DNA of 59,767 bases, filler included. It is 4 parts of 4 records of this genome, joined end to end, with 100 filler letters (N's around TTAATTAATTAA, not from the genome) between each part and the next. Parts side by side here need not be neighbours in the genome. Positions count along the whole stretch, not along the records: positions 1 to 12,576 come from DRR723986_11981; positions 12,677 to 37,164 come from DRR723986_12499; 2 more parts are not named here. One strand, given 5' to 3'. Shown one piece after another: positions 9,458 through 19,010 of this stretch (its first letter is position 1; each line of letters begins with the position of its first letter). The translations under genes were made by a program, and so were the position numbers. A model generated the notes under the pieces. The model ran no database searches and was not told where the DNA came from. It worked only from the letters and a program-made list of their open reading frames with translations.

Positions 9458-10485
9458 ACCGTTTCAGTCACCTTTTTCAGATGGCGCGGGGTGTCTGGGT
9501 TGATACCACGCGACGCCGCCGTTTGTTCGACCATCGCGTAAAAGCTTGCGATCAAGGCGATAGGATCGGTCAATGCATGGCCGGTCCGAACGGCGGGCAA
9601 TGCGGTCGCCTTTTGCACCTTGTCACTGGTGGCAAAAACGGTGGCACCTTTGGCTGCGATCTCATCCGCGACAGCGGCAAGTGCGGTTTCGGCCTCGTCT
9701 ATCGCGCCCAATGCGATCACCGGAAAGCCACCGTCAACGATAGAGACCGGTCCGTGCAAAACCTCGGCAGAGGAATAGCTTTCGGCGTGAATCTGGCAGG
9801 TTTCCTTGAATTTCAGGGCCGCCTCGTTGGAGATGGCGTTGGTTGTTCCCCGTCCAAGACAAAAGATCGAACCGCGCCCGGACAGGGCCTGCCGGACTTC
9901 GGGCCAGTCGTTTCTTACGGCTTTTTCCAGTGCCGTGGGCAGGTTGCGGATGGCATTGCGCAGCGCGTCATCTTCGGCCCATTCTGCCAGCAACCAAATA
10001 CCTGCAACGGCGGAGTTCACAAAAGTCTTGGTGGCGGCCACGCTGATCTCTGGCCCGGCATGCAGGTTCAATGTGTGATCTGACACCTGCGCCAAGGGGC
10101 TATCGGGGTCGTTGGTCATGGCGATGGACAACGCGCCGCCTTCGCGGGCCATCCTTGCCATCTGCACAATGTCCGGGCTTTTGCCCGACTGCGAGACGGA
10201 CAGGCACACAGCCCCCTCAAGGGCCAGTTTGCGATGATAGATCGAGGCGACCGAGGGTCCGATGGATGCGATGGGCGTGCCCACAAGCAGTTCGGATGCA
10301 TATTTCAGGTAGGTCGCAACATGGTCAGAAGACCCGCGCGCAACACTGACCATAAAGGCCGGTGATCGGGCGCGCATGGCGTCCGCCGCACGGGAAATAT
10401 CAGCGCCGCCATTTTGCAGCAAACGGTCCACAGCGACAGGAATTTCAAGAACTTCACGGCGCATTTGTGATTGGGAGGCAGACAT
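9454..10485 (-). CDS. SIS-domain glucosamine-6-phosphate deaminase (NagB-II/GlmS isomerase-like)
   Basis: ARGSSDH, SQSGKSPD, VAATKTF, EAALKFKE, HGP, PRHLKKVTET. Confidence 0.9.
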   Translation of the reverse strand: MSASQSQMRREVLEIPVAVDRLLQNGGADISRAADAMRARSPAFMVSVARGSSDHVATYLKYASELLVGTPIASIGPSVASIYHRKLALEGAVCLSVSQSGKSPDIVQMARMAREGGALSIAMTNDPDSPLAQVSDHTLNLHAGPEISVAATKTFVNSAVAGIWLLAEWAEDDALRNAIRNLPTALEKAVRNDWPEVRQALSGRGSIFCLGRGTTNAISNEAALKFKETCQIHAESYSSAEVLHGPVSIVDGGFPVIALGAIDEAETALAAVADEIAAKGATVFATSDKVQKATALPAVRTGHALTDPIALIASFYAMVEQTAASRGINPDTPRHLKKVTETV

Positions 10486-10493
10486 CGGACGTC

Positions 10494-11252
10494 CTATTCT
10501 TTTGCAAGTCGAAGCTCGGCTACAAAGTTGTAGGCGTCTCCGCGGTAGATGGATTGGGTGAATTCGACGGTGCGCCCGTCGGCAAGGTACGAGGTTCGCT
10601 CGATGCTGAGACCGGCCATGCCCGGCTCCACTTCGAGAAGTCTGGCGTTATCCTCTTGCAGGTTGATCGCCGAGATTTTCTGCAACGCGCGGACCGGACG
10701 CAGGCCCGTTTCCGCCAGCACTTCATAAAGTGAGGTTTTGACCAAAAGCGGGTTGGGCAACATATCGGTCGACAGGGATGCGCGTTCGATTGCCATGGGT
10801 TTGTTGTCGGCGGTTCTGAGACGCGCAATGCGGGACACCGAAGCATCTGGCGACAACGCGAGGGCAAGCACCTCGTCCGGGGACGGCATGAAAATGCCGC
10901 GCTCAAGCCAGATACTTGAGGATTCCATCCCGCGCCGAGACATGTCTTCGCTAAAGGACGTCAGCCGCGACAGCGATTGTTCAATCTGCGGGGTCGACGA
11001 GGCGACAAACGACCCCGACCCTTGTTTTTGAACGATGACCCCGTCCTCGGCGAGGGCGTGGATGGCCTTGCGGACCGTGACACGGGACAGCTCGGTTATT
11101 GTTGCGATTTCACGTTCCGGCGGCAGAGAGCTGCCCGCTTTGAGCAAACCCTGATCCACACCTTCGCTCAACCGTTGGCGCAACTGCAAATAGCGTGGCC
11201 CACCACCCTGCTGCAGCCAGTTATCTGGCGCGAGAAATTCAGTGATGCTCAC
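10494..11252 (-). CDS. nagQ: GntR/HutC (UTRA) regulator of the amino-sugar cluster, NagQ-like
   Basis: LPPERE, SRVTVRKA, GSGSFV, SFSEDM, YRGD; sits at the head of the nagB-II/nagA operon. Confidence 0.8.
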   Translation of the reverse strand: MSITEFLAPDNWLQQGGGPRYLQLRQRLSEGVDQGLLKAGSSLPPEREIATITELSRVTVRKAIHALAEDGVIVQKQGSGSFVASSTPQIEQSLSRLTSFSEDMSRRGMESSSIWLERGIFMPSPDEVLALALSPDASVSRIARLRTADNKPMAIERASLSTDMLPNPLLVKTSLYEVLAETGLRPVRALQKISAINLQEDNARLLEVEPGMAGLSIERTSYLADGRTVEFTQSIYRGDAYNFVAELRLAKE

Positions 11253-11404
11253 CTCAAGCTCCTTCGCGGTTCAGCAGTAGATGTTTCGACTGGACGACCC
11301 AGCCTTCCAGCGCCCTTACACCCACGCTTCCCAGGCAGGTCAAAGTGGGTGCAGGCGTCGCGCTTCAGGTCAGTCGCAAGTTGTGGCGTAAGATCCAACA
11401 TACG

Positions 11405-11533
11405 ATACCTTTATAATACCTATTTGACAAAAGAAAGACCTATATGCCTATTTCGGTACGATATTCGCTCAAACCCTCCACTTGGATCCCAAGGTTCAAT
11501 TAAATGGTAGACAAAAGGTATCTAAAAGGTATT
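11405..11533. promoter_or_regulatory. Phased GGTA(T) direct repeats, candidate NagQ operators
   Basis: TACC at 11406 and 11417 (minus-strand GGTAT); GGTA at 11506, 11517 and 11528. Within each array the spacing is 11 bp; both lie in the nagQ/murQ divergent region. Confidence 0.6.
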
Positions 11534-11554
11534 AAGTCAGTTAGGGAGATTCGA

Positions 11555-12457
11555 ATGCCGCTGCCAACCACTGAACAACTGCCCCAGACAGGCGCGATTG
11601 ACATGCTTGCACCGCATGTGGCCGCCCAGGCCATTCTGGACGGACAGATGGCAGCACTTGAAGCGGTCGGCCCCGCCCTGCCTGCGCTTGCACATGCGGC
11701 GGAAACGATGGCCGCGGCCATTCGCGCCGGGAATTCGCTTATTTATGTTGCGGCAGGCAGCTCTGGCCTGATGGCGCTGGCCGATGGCTGCGAGCTGCCC
11801 GGAACGTTCGGCATTCCCGCAGCGATGATTCAGATCCATATGGCGGGCGGTGTTCCAACGGATGCCAATATGCCCGGCGATACCGAGGACGACACCCAAG
11901 CAGCCGAAAAGGCTGCCCGCAACGTCAAACCCGGCGATGCGGTCATTGTACTCAGCGCCAGTGGATCAACGCCCTATGCGGTCGCTGCGGCCAAATCGGC
12001 CAAGGCAAGAGGCGGCGCAGTCATCGCCATCGCCAACAACCCGGCGGCACCCCTGTTGAACATCGCTGATTTGCCGATTTGCCTGCAAACGCCGCCCGAG
12101 ACCATTGCCGGATCAACCCGCCTTGGCGCAGGCACGGCGCAAAAGGCAGCGCTGAACATGTTGTCCTCGATGATGGGCATCCGTTTGGGTCATGTCTACC
12201 AAGGCCAGATGGTCAATGTCGTCGCTGACAACGCCAAACTTGTGAAACGCGCGGTCGGTATTGTCATGAACATCACCGGCGTATCTGAGGGCACGGCCAA
12301 GACCGCGTTGCGCGACACCGTTGGAAACACCAAGCAGGCCATTTTGGTGGCCTCCGGCTGTTCCGTTCAAACAGCTCAAGACCTGCTGGCCGCGCATGAC
12401 GGTCAGCTTGGGCGCTGCCTTCAATCCATAACATCAAGCAAAGACGCAACCGTCTAA
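11555..12457 (+). CDS. murQ: N-acetylmuramic acid 6-phosphate etherase (MurQ-like)
   Basis: AGSSG...D..ELPGTFG, EDD, SASGSTPY, PETIAGSTRLGAGTAQK, N.KL..RA; GGGAG RBS. Confidence 0.85.
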   Translation: MPLPTTEQLPQTGAIDMLAPHVAAQAILDGQMAALEAVGPALPALAHAAETMAAAIRAGNSLIYVAAGSSGLMALADGCELPGTFGIPAAMIQIHMAGGVPTDANMPGDTEDDTQAAEKAARNVKPGDAVIVLSASGSTPYAVAAAKSAKARGGAVIAIANNPAAPLLNIADLPICLQTPPETIAGSTRLGAGTAQKAALNMLSSMMGIRLGHVYQGQMVNVVADNAKLVKRAVGIVMNITGVSEGTAKTALRDTVGNTKQAILVASGCSVQTAQDLLAAHDGQLGRCLQSITSSKDATV

Positions 12458-12471
12458 CTAGGGAGAAGACC

Positions 12472-12576
12472 ATGAAAAAATCCACTTTGATCGGTGCCAT
12501 GCTGGCCTCGACGCTTATCGCAGGTGCAGCCTCGGCTGAGGATGTGACGCTGACAATCGAAAGCTGGCGCAACGAC
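12472..12576 (+). CDS. Sugar ABC transporter substrate-binding protein, N-terminus (truncated by contig end)
   Basis: GGGAG RBS, signal peptide MKKSTLIGAMLASTLIAGAASAE, then VTLTIESWRND. Confidence 0.7.
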
Positions 12577-12676
12577 NNNNNNNNNNNNNNNNNNNNNNNN
12601 NNNNNNNNNNNNNNNNNNNNTTAATTAATTAANNNNNNNNNNNNNNNNNNNNNNNNNNNNNNNNNNNNNNNNNNNN
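12577..12676. other. Artificial contig spacer (44N-TTAATTAATTAA-44N)
   Basis: Six-frame stop linker; GC drops abruptly across it. Confidence 0.99.
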
Positions 12677-12678
12677 CA

Positions 12679-13014
12679 GTATTTGCACCAACAAATGATG
12701 CTTTTGCAAGAATAGATAAAGAAGCCTTAGCCAATCTACTAAAACCAGAAAATAAGAAAGCCTTAACAAACATTTTAACTTACCATGTAATTCCTGGGAA
12801 ATTAATGGCTAGTGATGTTGTCGCAGCGTTAAAGAAAGGAAACGGAAAGGTAGAAGTAAAAGCATTAAACGGATCTGTATTAACAGTAATGCAAAAAGAC
12901 GGAAAGATTTGGTTAAAAGACCAAGCAGGAAATTACAGTGAAATCACAGCGACAGATGTAGAAGGAAGCAATGGAGTGATTCATATAATTGATACTCTAG
13001 TAATGCCAGAATAG
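12679..13014 (+). CDS. Fasciclin (FAS1) domain protein, 5' truncated
   Basis: VFAPTNDAF, ILTYHV and SNGVIHIID motifs. Confidence 0.9.
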   Translation, partial: VFAPTNDAFARIDKEALANLLKPENKKALTNILTYHVIPGKLMASDVVAALKKGNGKVEVKALNGSVLTVMQKDGKIWLKDQAGNYSEITATDVEGSNGVIHIIDTLVMPE

Positions 13015-13128
13015 TAAGTTTAGTGTATTAATAGTTTGGTAGCATTACTACAAGCTGTTAATCAATAAATGGTTGATGGTGATTGATTAATAGCACCGCA
13101 ATTTTAGTGGTAAAATTGCTATGAAAAG

Positions 13129-13160
13129 AAAAAGCACTTACATGTTGTAAGTGCTTTTTT
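13129..13160. terminator. Bidirectional intrinsic terminator
   Basis: AAAAAGCACTTACA-TGT-TGTAAGTGCTTTTTT between convergent genes. Confidence 0.85.
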
Positions 13161-13182
13161 ATGTATTTAAAATATAGAAATA

Positions 13183-13836
13183 CTAAGATTTTGTAGCTAC
13201 TAAAGTTACTTTTAGTTCCACATCATCATTAATAAATTTATCTCCTAAATTATCAAAGAATGATTTAGATCCATACTTAACGTTCCATTTGGATCTGTCA
13301 ATAGTAAATGTCTCACTAGTTAGCATCATCATGTCATCTTTCATTTCAGTAGTCACTGGGATACTAATATTATTTGTAGCATCTTTCATTGTTAAGTTAC
13401 CAGAAAGCATCGTTTTACCATCAACAGTTTCAACTCCAGTTACCTCAAATTTTGCAGAAGGATAAGTCTCAACATCAAAAAAGTCTACTCCTTTTAAATG
13501 ACCTGTTAAATCTGCATTTGCTTCTTCTTCGGCAGGTATGTCAGTAACAGTAAGACTCGTCATGTCAATAGCGAAAGTGCCGCTTTCAATGTTTCCGTCG
13601 TTTACATTTACTATGCCTTTTGCAATACTTAAAGTTCCGTTATGAGAGCCTGTAGGTTTAAATCCTTTCCATTCAACCATAGATTTATTGGTATCTGCTT
13701 TGTAAGTTACAGCAGTCGCTTCTGCTACAGCAGCTGCTTCGGCTTCTTTAGTCTCTGCTTCTTTTGCTTTATCTGCACAGCTAGAGAATGAAACTAGAGC
13801 TACAATTGCAAAAAGTCTTAAAAAATTTGTTTTCAT
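13183..13836 (-). CDS. YceI family lipoprotein
   Basis: Lipobox FSSC; WKG.K, H.G, LTGHLK..DFFDV.YP, IDRSKW. Confidence 0.9.
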   Translation of the reverse strand: MKTNFLRLFAIVALVSFSSCADKAKEAETKEAEAAAVAEATAVTYKADTNKSMVEWKGFKPTGSHNGTLSIAKGIVNVNDGNIESGTFAIDMTSLTVTDIPAEEEANADLTGHLKGVDFFDVETYPSAKFEVTGVETVDGKTMLSGNLTMKDATNNISIPVTTEMKDDMMMLTSETFTIDRSKWNVKYGSKSFFDNLGDKFINDDVELKVTLVATKS

Positions 13837-13914
13837 GTCAGTGTTTTTTGTTTATTAATTTAAGTCTGTAAAGTTACACATTAGATGAAGCAAACTATTA
13901 TAAAAAAATGTTAA

Positions 13915-13954
13915 TGACATTTTGACATTTTTACAATAATGGCAGTACTTTTGC
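13915..13954 (+). promoter_or_regulatory. grpE-dnaJ promoter region with TGACA repeats and overlapping promoter consensus elements
   Basis: TGACA-TTT-TGACA-TTT-TTACA; TTTG(13921)-N21-TACTTTTG(13946) Bacteroidetes -33/-7; TGGCA-N6-TTGC with GG-N10-GC spacing. Confidence 0.55.
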
Positions 13955-13990
13955 CTTTTCTAAATCGAAGATTTAAAACTACAACTCAAA

Positions 13991-14545
13991 ATGAGTAAAA
14001 AAGATAAACAGAAAAAAGCTGAAGAACCTCAATTAGAGGATAACATAACAGCTACAGCGGAAGCTGAGATTGAAGGGCAAAAGGAAGAAAAATCTGCAGA
14101 AGAACAACTACAAGATCAGTTGGTAGCAGAAAAGGATAAATTTATGCGCTTGTTTGCCGAATTTGAAAATTATAAAAAGCGAACAACCAAAGAACGTATA
14201 GAGCTATTTAAAACTGCCAGTCAGGGTGTAATGGTTGCAATGTTACCTGTACTAGATGATTTTGAACGTGCCTTAATGCATATTGAAGAAGATAAAGAAG
14301 CTGAGGAATTAAGAAAAGGTGTCTTATTAATATACAATAAGCTTATAAACACCTTAGAACAAAAGGGATTATCTAAGATTGAAGTTAATCAAGGTGATGT
14401 TTTTAATGCAGATGATCACGAAGCTGTGACCCAAATTCCTGCACCTAGTGATGATTTAAAAGGTAAGATAATTGATGTTGTGGAACGTGGATACAAACTA
14501 GGAGATAAGGTAATCCGTTTTCCTAAGGTAGTTATAGGACAATAA
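13991..14545 (+). CDS. grpE: Nucleotide exchange factor GrpE
   Basis: [33 protein letters not shown]. Confidence 0.97.
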   Translation: MSKKDKQKKAEEPQLEDNITATAEAEIEGQKEEKSAEEQLQDQLVAEKDKFMRLFAEFENYKKRTTKERIELFKTASQGVMVAMLPVLDDFERALMHIEEDKEAEELRKGVLLIYNKLINTLEQKGLSKIEVNQGDVFNADDHEAVTQIPAPSDDLKGKIIDVVERGYKLGDKVIRFPKVVIGQ

Positions 14546-14573
14546 AAAGTTTTCCGTAATACGGAGTTTAATT

Positions 14574-15689
14574 ATGAAAGAAGATTATTACGATATATTA
14601 GGTGTAAGTAAGAACGCGTCAGATTCTGAAATAAAAAAAGCTTATCGTAAGATGGCTCTAAAGTATCATCCGGATAAAAACCCTGATGATAAAGAGGCAG
14701 AAGAGAAGTTTAAAAAGGCTGCTGAAGCTTATGAGGTTCTAAGTAACGCAGATAAGAAAGCTCGCTATAACCAATTCGGACATCAGGCCTTTGATGGCTC
14801 TGGCGGATTTGGCGGTGGAGGTATGAACATGGACGATATCTTCAGCCAATTTGGTGATATTTTTGGTGGAGCTTTCGGTGGCGGTGGTTTTAGTGGCTTC
14901 GGTGGCGGAGGTAGACAACGTGTTGTTAAAGGAAGTAACTTAAGAATAAGAGTGAAGCTTTCTTTAGAAGAAGTTGCTAATGGTGTTGAGAAGAAAATAA
15001 AGGTAAAGCGTAAAATTCAAGCGCCAGGTACAACTTATAAAACATGTTCTACTTGTAATGGTTCTGGTCAGGTTACTAGAGTAACTAATACCATACTTGG
15101 TAGAATGCAGACTTCTGCACCTTGTCAAACTTGTGGTGGAGCAGGACAAACCATAGATAAAAAACCATCAGATGCAGATGCACAAGGTTTAAAAGTAGCT
15201 GAAGAAACTGTATCAGTAAAAATACCAGCAGGTGTTGTGGATGGTATGCAACTAAAAGTAACTGGTAAAGGGAATGATGCTCCAGGAAATGGAATTGCAG
15301 GAGACTTACTTGTAGCTATTATTGAAGAAGATCATCCTACATTAAAACGAGAAGGAGATAATTTACATTATGACATGTATGTGAGCTTACCTGACGCCGT
15401 TTTAGGAACATCTAAAGAAATAGATACGGTTACTGGAAAAGTAAGAATTAAAATAGAAGCAGGAGTACAGTCTGGTAAAATACTTAGGTTACGAGGAAAA
15501 GGAATTCCTAGTATTAATGGTTATGGTAAAGGGGATTTATTAGTTCATGTAAACGTTTGGACACCAAAGACTTTAAGTAAAAAACAGAAAGAATTTTTTG
15601 AAAGTATGAAAGACGATGAACATTTTGAGCCAAAACCAGAAAGCTCGGATAAATCTTTTTTCGAAAAGGTTAAAGATATGTTCTCATAA
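14574..15689 (+). CDS. dnaJ: Chaperone DnaJ
   Basis: J-domain HPD, G/F-rich region, CxxCxGxG motifs. Confidence 0.97.
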   Translation: MKEDYYDILGVSKNASDSEIKKAYRKMALKYHPDKNPDDKEAEEKFKKAAEAYEVLSNADKKARYNQFGHQAFDGSGGFGGGGMNMDDIFSQFGDIFGGAFGGGGFSGFGGGGRQRVVKGSNLRIRVKLSLEEVANGVEKKIKVKRKIQAPGTTYKTCSTCNGSGQVTRVTNTILGRMQTSAPCQTCGGAGQTIDKKPSDADAQGLKVAEETVSVKIPAGVVDGMQLKVTGKGNDAPGNGIAGDLLVAIIEEDHPTLKREGDNLHYDMYVSLPDAVLGTSKEIDTVTGKVRIKIEAGVQSGKILRLRGKGIPSINGYGKGDLLVHVNVWTPKTLSKKQKEFFESMKDDEHFEPKPESSDKSFFEKVKDMFS

Positions 15690-15723
15690 ATAACCTTCTG
15701 TTTAATAAAAAATACTATCTTTG

Positions 15724-15815
15724 AATTATCGCTAATGCTAATTAGCGGTAATTTTTCTTTTTCATAGCAATTTTTTCCCATCCTTATCTAACCATAAGGG
15801 TGGGTTTTGTTTTTT
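15724..15815 (+). ncRNA. Candidate small RNA downstream of dnaJ
   Basis: Bacteroidetes -7 element TATCTTTG (15716-15723), 5' hairpin, U-rich single-stranded TTTTTCATAGCAATTTTTT, then a terminator. Confidence 0.4.
15777..15815 (+). terminator. Intrinsic terminator
   Basis: CCCATCCTTAT-CTAACC-ATAAGGGTGGG followed by TTTTGTTTTTT. Confidence 0.8.
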
Positions 15816-15932
15816 ATGACACTTTGTAGAAATTAATGTGAAAACACCATAATTAGTAGTCATTTTATACTATAAAACTCTATAACATTTAATATATTTA
15901 CCTTCTAACCAAACCTAAACATCGAGTTATAT

Positions 15933-16859
15933 ATGAACGACTTGTTAGTTGCTAATTCCGTATCAAAAAACTTCGGAAAATTCAGAGCGCTAAATGAAGT
16001 ATCTATTGCGGTACCTAAGGGAAGCATTTTTGGTTTACTTGGCCCTAATGGTGCAGGTAAAACGACCCTTATTCGTATTATAAATCAAATTACTATGCCA
16101 GATGAAGGCAGCGTCTTTTTAGATGGTGAACCACTAAAACCTGGGCATATTAGAGATATAGGATACTTGCCTGAAGAGCGTGGACTTTATAAGTCAATGA
16201 AAGTAGGTGAGCAGTGTTTATATTTAGCTCAATTAAAAGGATTGACTAAAGCAGAAGCCAAAAGTCGATTAAAATATTGGTTTGAGAAATTAGAGATAGG
16301 TGATTGGTGGAATAAGAAGATTCAAGAATTAAGCAAAGGTCAAGCTCAAAAAATTCAATTTATTGTTACTGTTTTGCACCGACCTAAGCTACTTATTTTT
16401 GATGAGCCATTTTCAGGTTTCGATCCAATTAATGCTAATTTAATCAAAGACGAAATATTACAACTAAGAGATGAAGGAGCTACTGTCATTTTCTCAACAC
16501 ATCGCATGGAGTCTGTAGAAGAATTATGTGATCATATCGCATTGATTCATAAATCTAATAAAGTCTTAGATGGGAAATTAAATGACATTAAACGTCAATA
16601 TAAAACCAATACATTTGAAATTGGTTTGCAGTCTAGCAATAGCGAAGCTGTAATGACTGAAATAAAGAATAATTTTGAGATATTACCTGCTACCTTTAAA
16701 AATTTGCATGATGATATTAAGTTAAATGTAAAGATTAATGAGGATACGTCTCCAAATGACTTATTATCTTTTTTAACATCAAAAGCAGAAGTGCATCATT
16801 TTGTAGAAGTCATACCTTCAGCAAGTGATATTTTTATTCAAACTGTGAAAAATAATTAG
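15933..16859 (+). CDS. ABC-2 type transporter ATP-binding protein
   Basis: GPNGAGKTT, LSKGQAQK, FDEPFSG, STH. Confidence 0.92.
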   Translation: MNDLLVANSVSKNFGKFRALNEVSIAVPKGSIFGLLGPNGAGKTTLIRIINQITMPDEGSVFLDGEPLKPGHIRDIGYLPEERGLYKSMKVGEQCLYLAQLKGLTKAEAKSRLKYWFEKLEIGDWWNKKIQELSKGQAQKIQFIVTVLHRPKLLIFDEPFSGFDPINANLIKDEILQLRDEGATVIFSTHRMESVEELCDHIALIHKSNKVLDGKLNDIKRQYKTNTFEIGLQSSNSEAVMTEIKNNFEILPATFKNLHDDIKLNVKINEDTSPNDLLSFLTSKAEVHHFVEVIPSASDIFIQTVKNN

Positions 16860-16862
16860 AGG

Positions 16863-18176
16863 ATGAATCATCTATCACTCATTATAAAGAGAGAATATCT
16901 TACTAAGGTAAAAAACAAGTCATTTATTATAATGACGTTTTTAAGTCCGTTAATTATGATTGCTTTAATTGCATTGGTTGCTTATTTATCGCAATTAAAT
17001 AATGATAAAAAGCGTACCATTTCAATTTTAGATGAAACGGGATATTTAGAAGATTTATTTCAAAATACAGAGAACACCACATATACGAGCTTAAATGGTC
17101 TTAGTTTTAATGATGCGCTAGAACTGGTGAAAGAAAAAGAAGATTATGGTTTATTGCATATTGCAAGTACCCAAGACTTAGATGAAGTCTCAAAGAATAT
17201 AAAATTTTATTCAGAAGATACACCATCATTAACGATAATTTCCGGTTTAGAACGTAAAATTGAAAAGCGGCTTAGAGAAATGAAGCTTCAAAAAGATGGT
17301 GTGACTTTAGAACAGATTGAGGCCTCAAAAACAAGTATTGACATTGCCCAGGAAAGTTTTGCTGGTGAGAAGACCTCTAAAATAGATAATGTTGTAAAAT
17401 TAGCATTTGGCGGTATTGCTGGTTATTTACTTTTTATGTTCATAATTATATATGGTAATATGATAATGCGTAGTGTCATCGAAGAAAAAACTAGTAGAAT
17501 TATAGAAGTCATAATTTCTTCGGTAAAACCCATTCAATTAATGATGGGTAAAATTATTGGGACATCATTGGCTGGTGTTACACAATTTGCCATCTGGGTT
17601 GTTTTAGGTGGTGTTTTAATGACAATTGTATCAGCGATTATTGGTATTGACTTAGCACAAGCATCAGCACCGCAACAAGAAATTATGAATCAAGCAATAG
17701 AATCTGGTAGATTTCAAAGTGCTGTTGAAGATGGCTTTTTGGCAATAAGAAATTTGCCTATTATTAACCTTGTAATTGCGTTTATTTTGTTTTTTATTGG
17801 AGGCTATTTATTGTATAGTTCTCTTTACGCAGCCATTGGTGCGGCTGTAGATAATGAAACAGATACTCAACAGTTTATGTTACCAATTTTAATGCCGTTA
17901 ATCCTTGCTGTTTATGTTGGTGTATTTACGGTTATTGAAGATCCTCATGGTACAGTTTCTACTGTATTTTCGTTTATACCATTTACGTCGCCAGTTGTAA
18001 TGCTTATGCGAATTCCTTTTGGTGTACCATTGTGGCAACAAGGCTTGTCATTGATTTTATTAATTGGCACATTTATTTTTGCTGTATGGTTTGCGGCAAA
18101 AATCTATAGAGTAGGTATTTTAATGTATGGTAAAAAACCTTCATACAAAGAACTATTTAAATGGTTGAAATATTAG
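16863..18176 (+). CDS. ABC-2 type transporter permease (NatB/YhaP-like)
   Basis: EEKTSRIIEVIISSV, GKIIG, multiple TM segments. Confidence 0.9.
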   Translation: MNHLSLIIKREYLTKVKNKSFIIMTFLSPLIMIALIALVAYLSQLNNDKKRTISILDETGYLEDLFQNTENTTYTSLNGLSFNDALELVKEKEDYGLLHIASTQDLDEVSKNIKFYSEDTPSLTIISGLERKIEKRLREMKLQKDGVTLEQIEASKTSIDIAQESFAGEKTSKIDNVVKLAFGGIAGYLLFMFIIIYGNMIMRSVIEEKTSRIIEVIISSVKPIQLMMGKIIGTSLAGVTQFAIWVVLGGVLMTIVSAIIGIDLAQASAPQQEIMNQAIESGRFQSAVEDGFLAIRNLPIINLVIAFILFFIGGYLLYSSLYAAIGAAVDNETDTQQFMLPILMPLILAVYVGVFTVIEDPHGTVSTVFSFIPFTSPVVMLMRIPFGVPLWQQGLSLILLIGTFIFAVWFAAKIYRVGILMYGKKPSYKELFKWLKY

Positions 18177-18177
18177 T

Positions 18178-19002
18178 ATGACACAACTCAAAGACATACT
18201 TAATTACAGCTTTAATTTCACTAAAGATATTTCTATTACTGTAAAAGGAATTCTTTTTGTTGTCTTAGTTTTAATTTTAACATCAATTGTTTTAAAAATA
18301 ATAAGACGACTAATTACAAGAAATTTGCCAAAGGATGATAGAGCAAAATTTGATACTGTTTTCTCATATGGTCGTTGGATTATTTATCTTGTTTTTCTTT
18401 TAATAACCTTACACGCAATCGGTGTAAATGTCACTGGTATTTTTGCAGCATCAGCTGCGTTATTAATTGGTGTTGGTTTAGCATTACAAACTTTTTTTCA
18501 AGATATCCTTTCAGGTATTTTTATTCTATTAGATCAATCTGTTCATGTTGGAGATATTATTGAATTAGATGGGAAAGTTGGTAGAGTAGAGGAGATAAAA
18601 CTTAGAACAACCAGAGCAGTAACTATTGATAATAAAGTACTTGTAATTCCAAATCATCTATATCTTACAAACTCATTATACAATTGGACTCAAAATGGTA
18701 CTTTTACTCGAGAGAATGTTGAGGTTGGAGTAGCATATGGTAGCGATGTACAATTAGTTAAAAAGTTGTTACTGCAGGCGGCTACGTCGCATCCAGAGGT
18801 CATAGCACATCCTGAACCGCTTGTAGTTTTTACTGATTTTGGTGATAGTGCATTAAATTTTAAACTAATTTTCACGCTAAACGATAGTTTTAAAGCTACC
18901 TTTCCAAAGAGCGATATTAGATTTGAGTTAGACCGATTATTTAGAGAACATAATATTACAATACCTTTTCCTCAACGCGATGTGCACATTATTCAGAAAT
19001 AA
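18178..19002 (+). CDS. Small-conductance mechanosensitive channel (MscS family)
   Basis: GVGLALQ, VGDIIE, IPN, VGVAYGSD, IPFPQRD. Confidence 0.92.
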   Translation: MTQLKDILNYSFNFTKDISITVKGILFVVLVLILTSIVLKIIRRLITRNLPKDDRAKFDTVFSYGRWIIYLVFLLITLHAIGVNVTGIFAASAALLIGVGLALQTFFQDILSGIFILLDQSVHVGDIIELDGKVGRVEEIKLRTTRAVTIDNKVLVIPNHLYLTNSLYNWTQNGTFTRENVEVGVAYGSDVQLVKKLLLQAATSHPEVIAHPEPLVVFTDFGDSALNFKLIFTLNDSFKATFPKSDIRFELDRLFREHNITIPFPQRDVHIIQK

Positions 19003-19010
19003 ATAACAAT

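Noticed and set aside
12621-12632. TTAATTAATTAA repeated three times in the window (also 37209 and 43581)
   Set aside because: Synthetic six-frame stop linker embedded in N runs, not a biological repeat.
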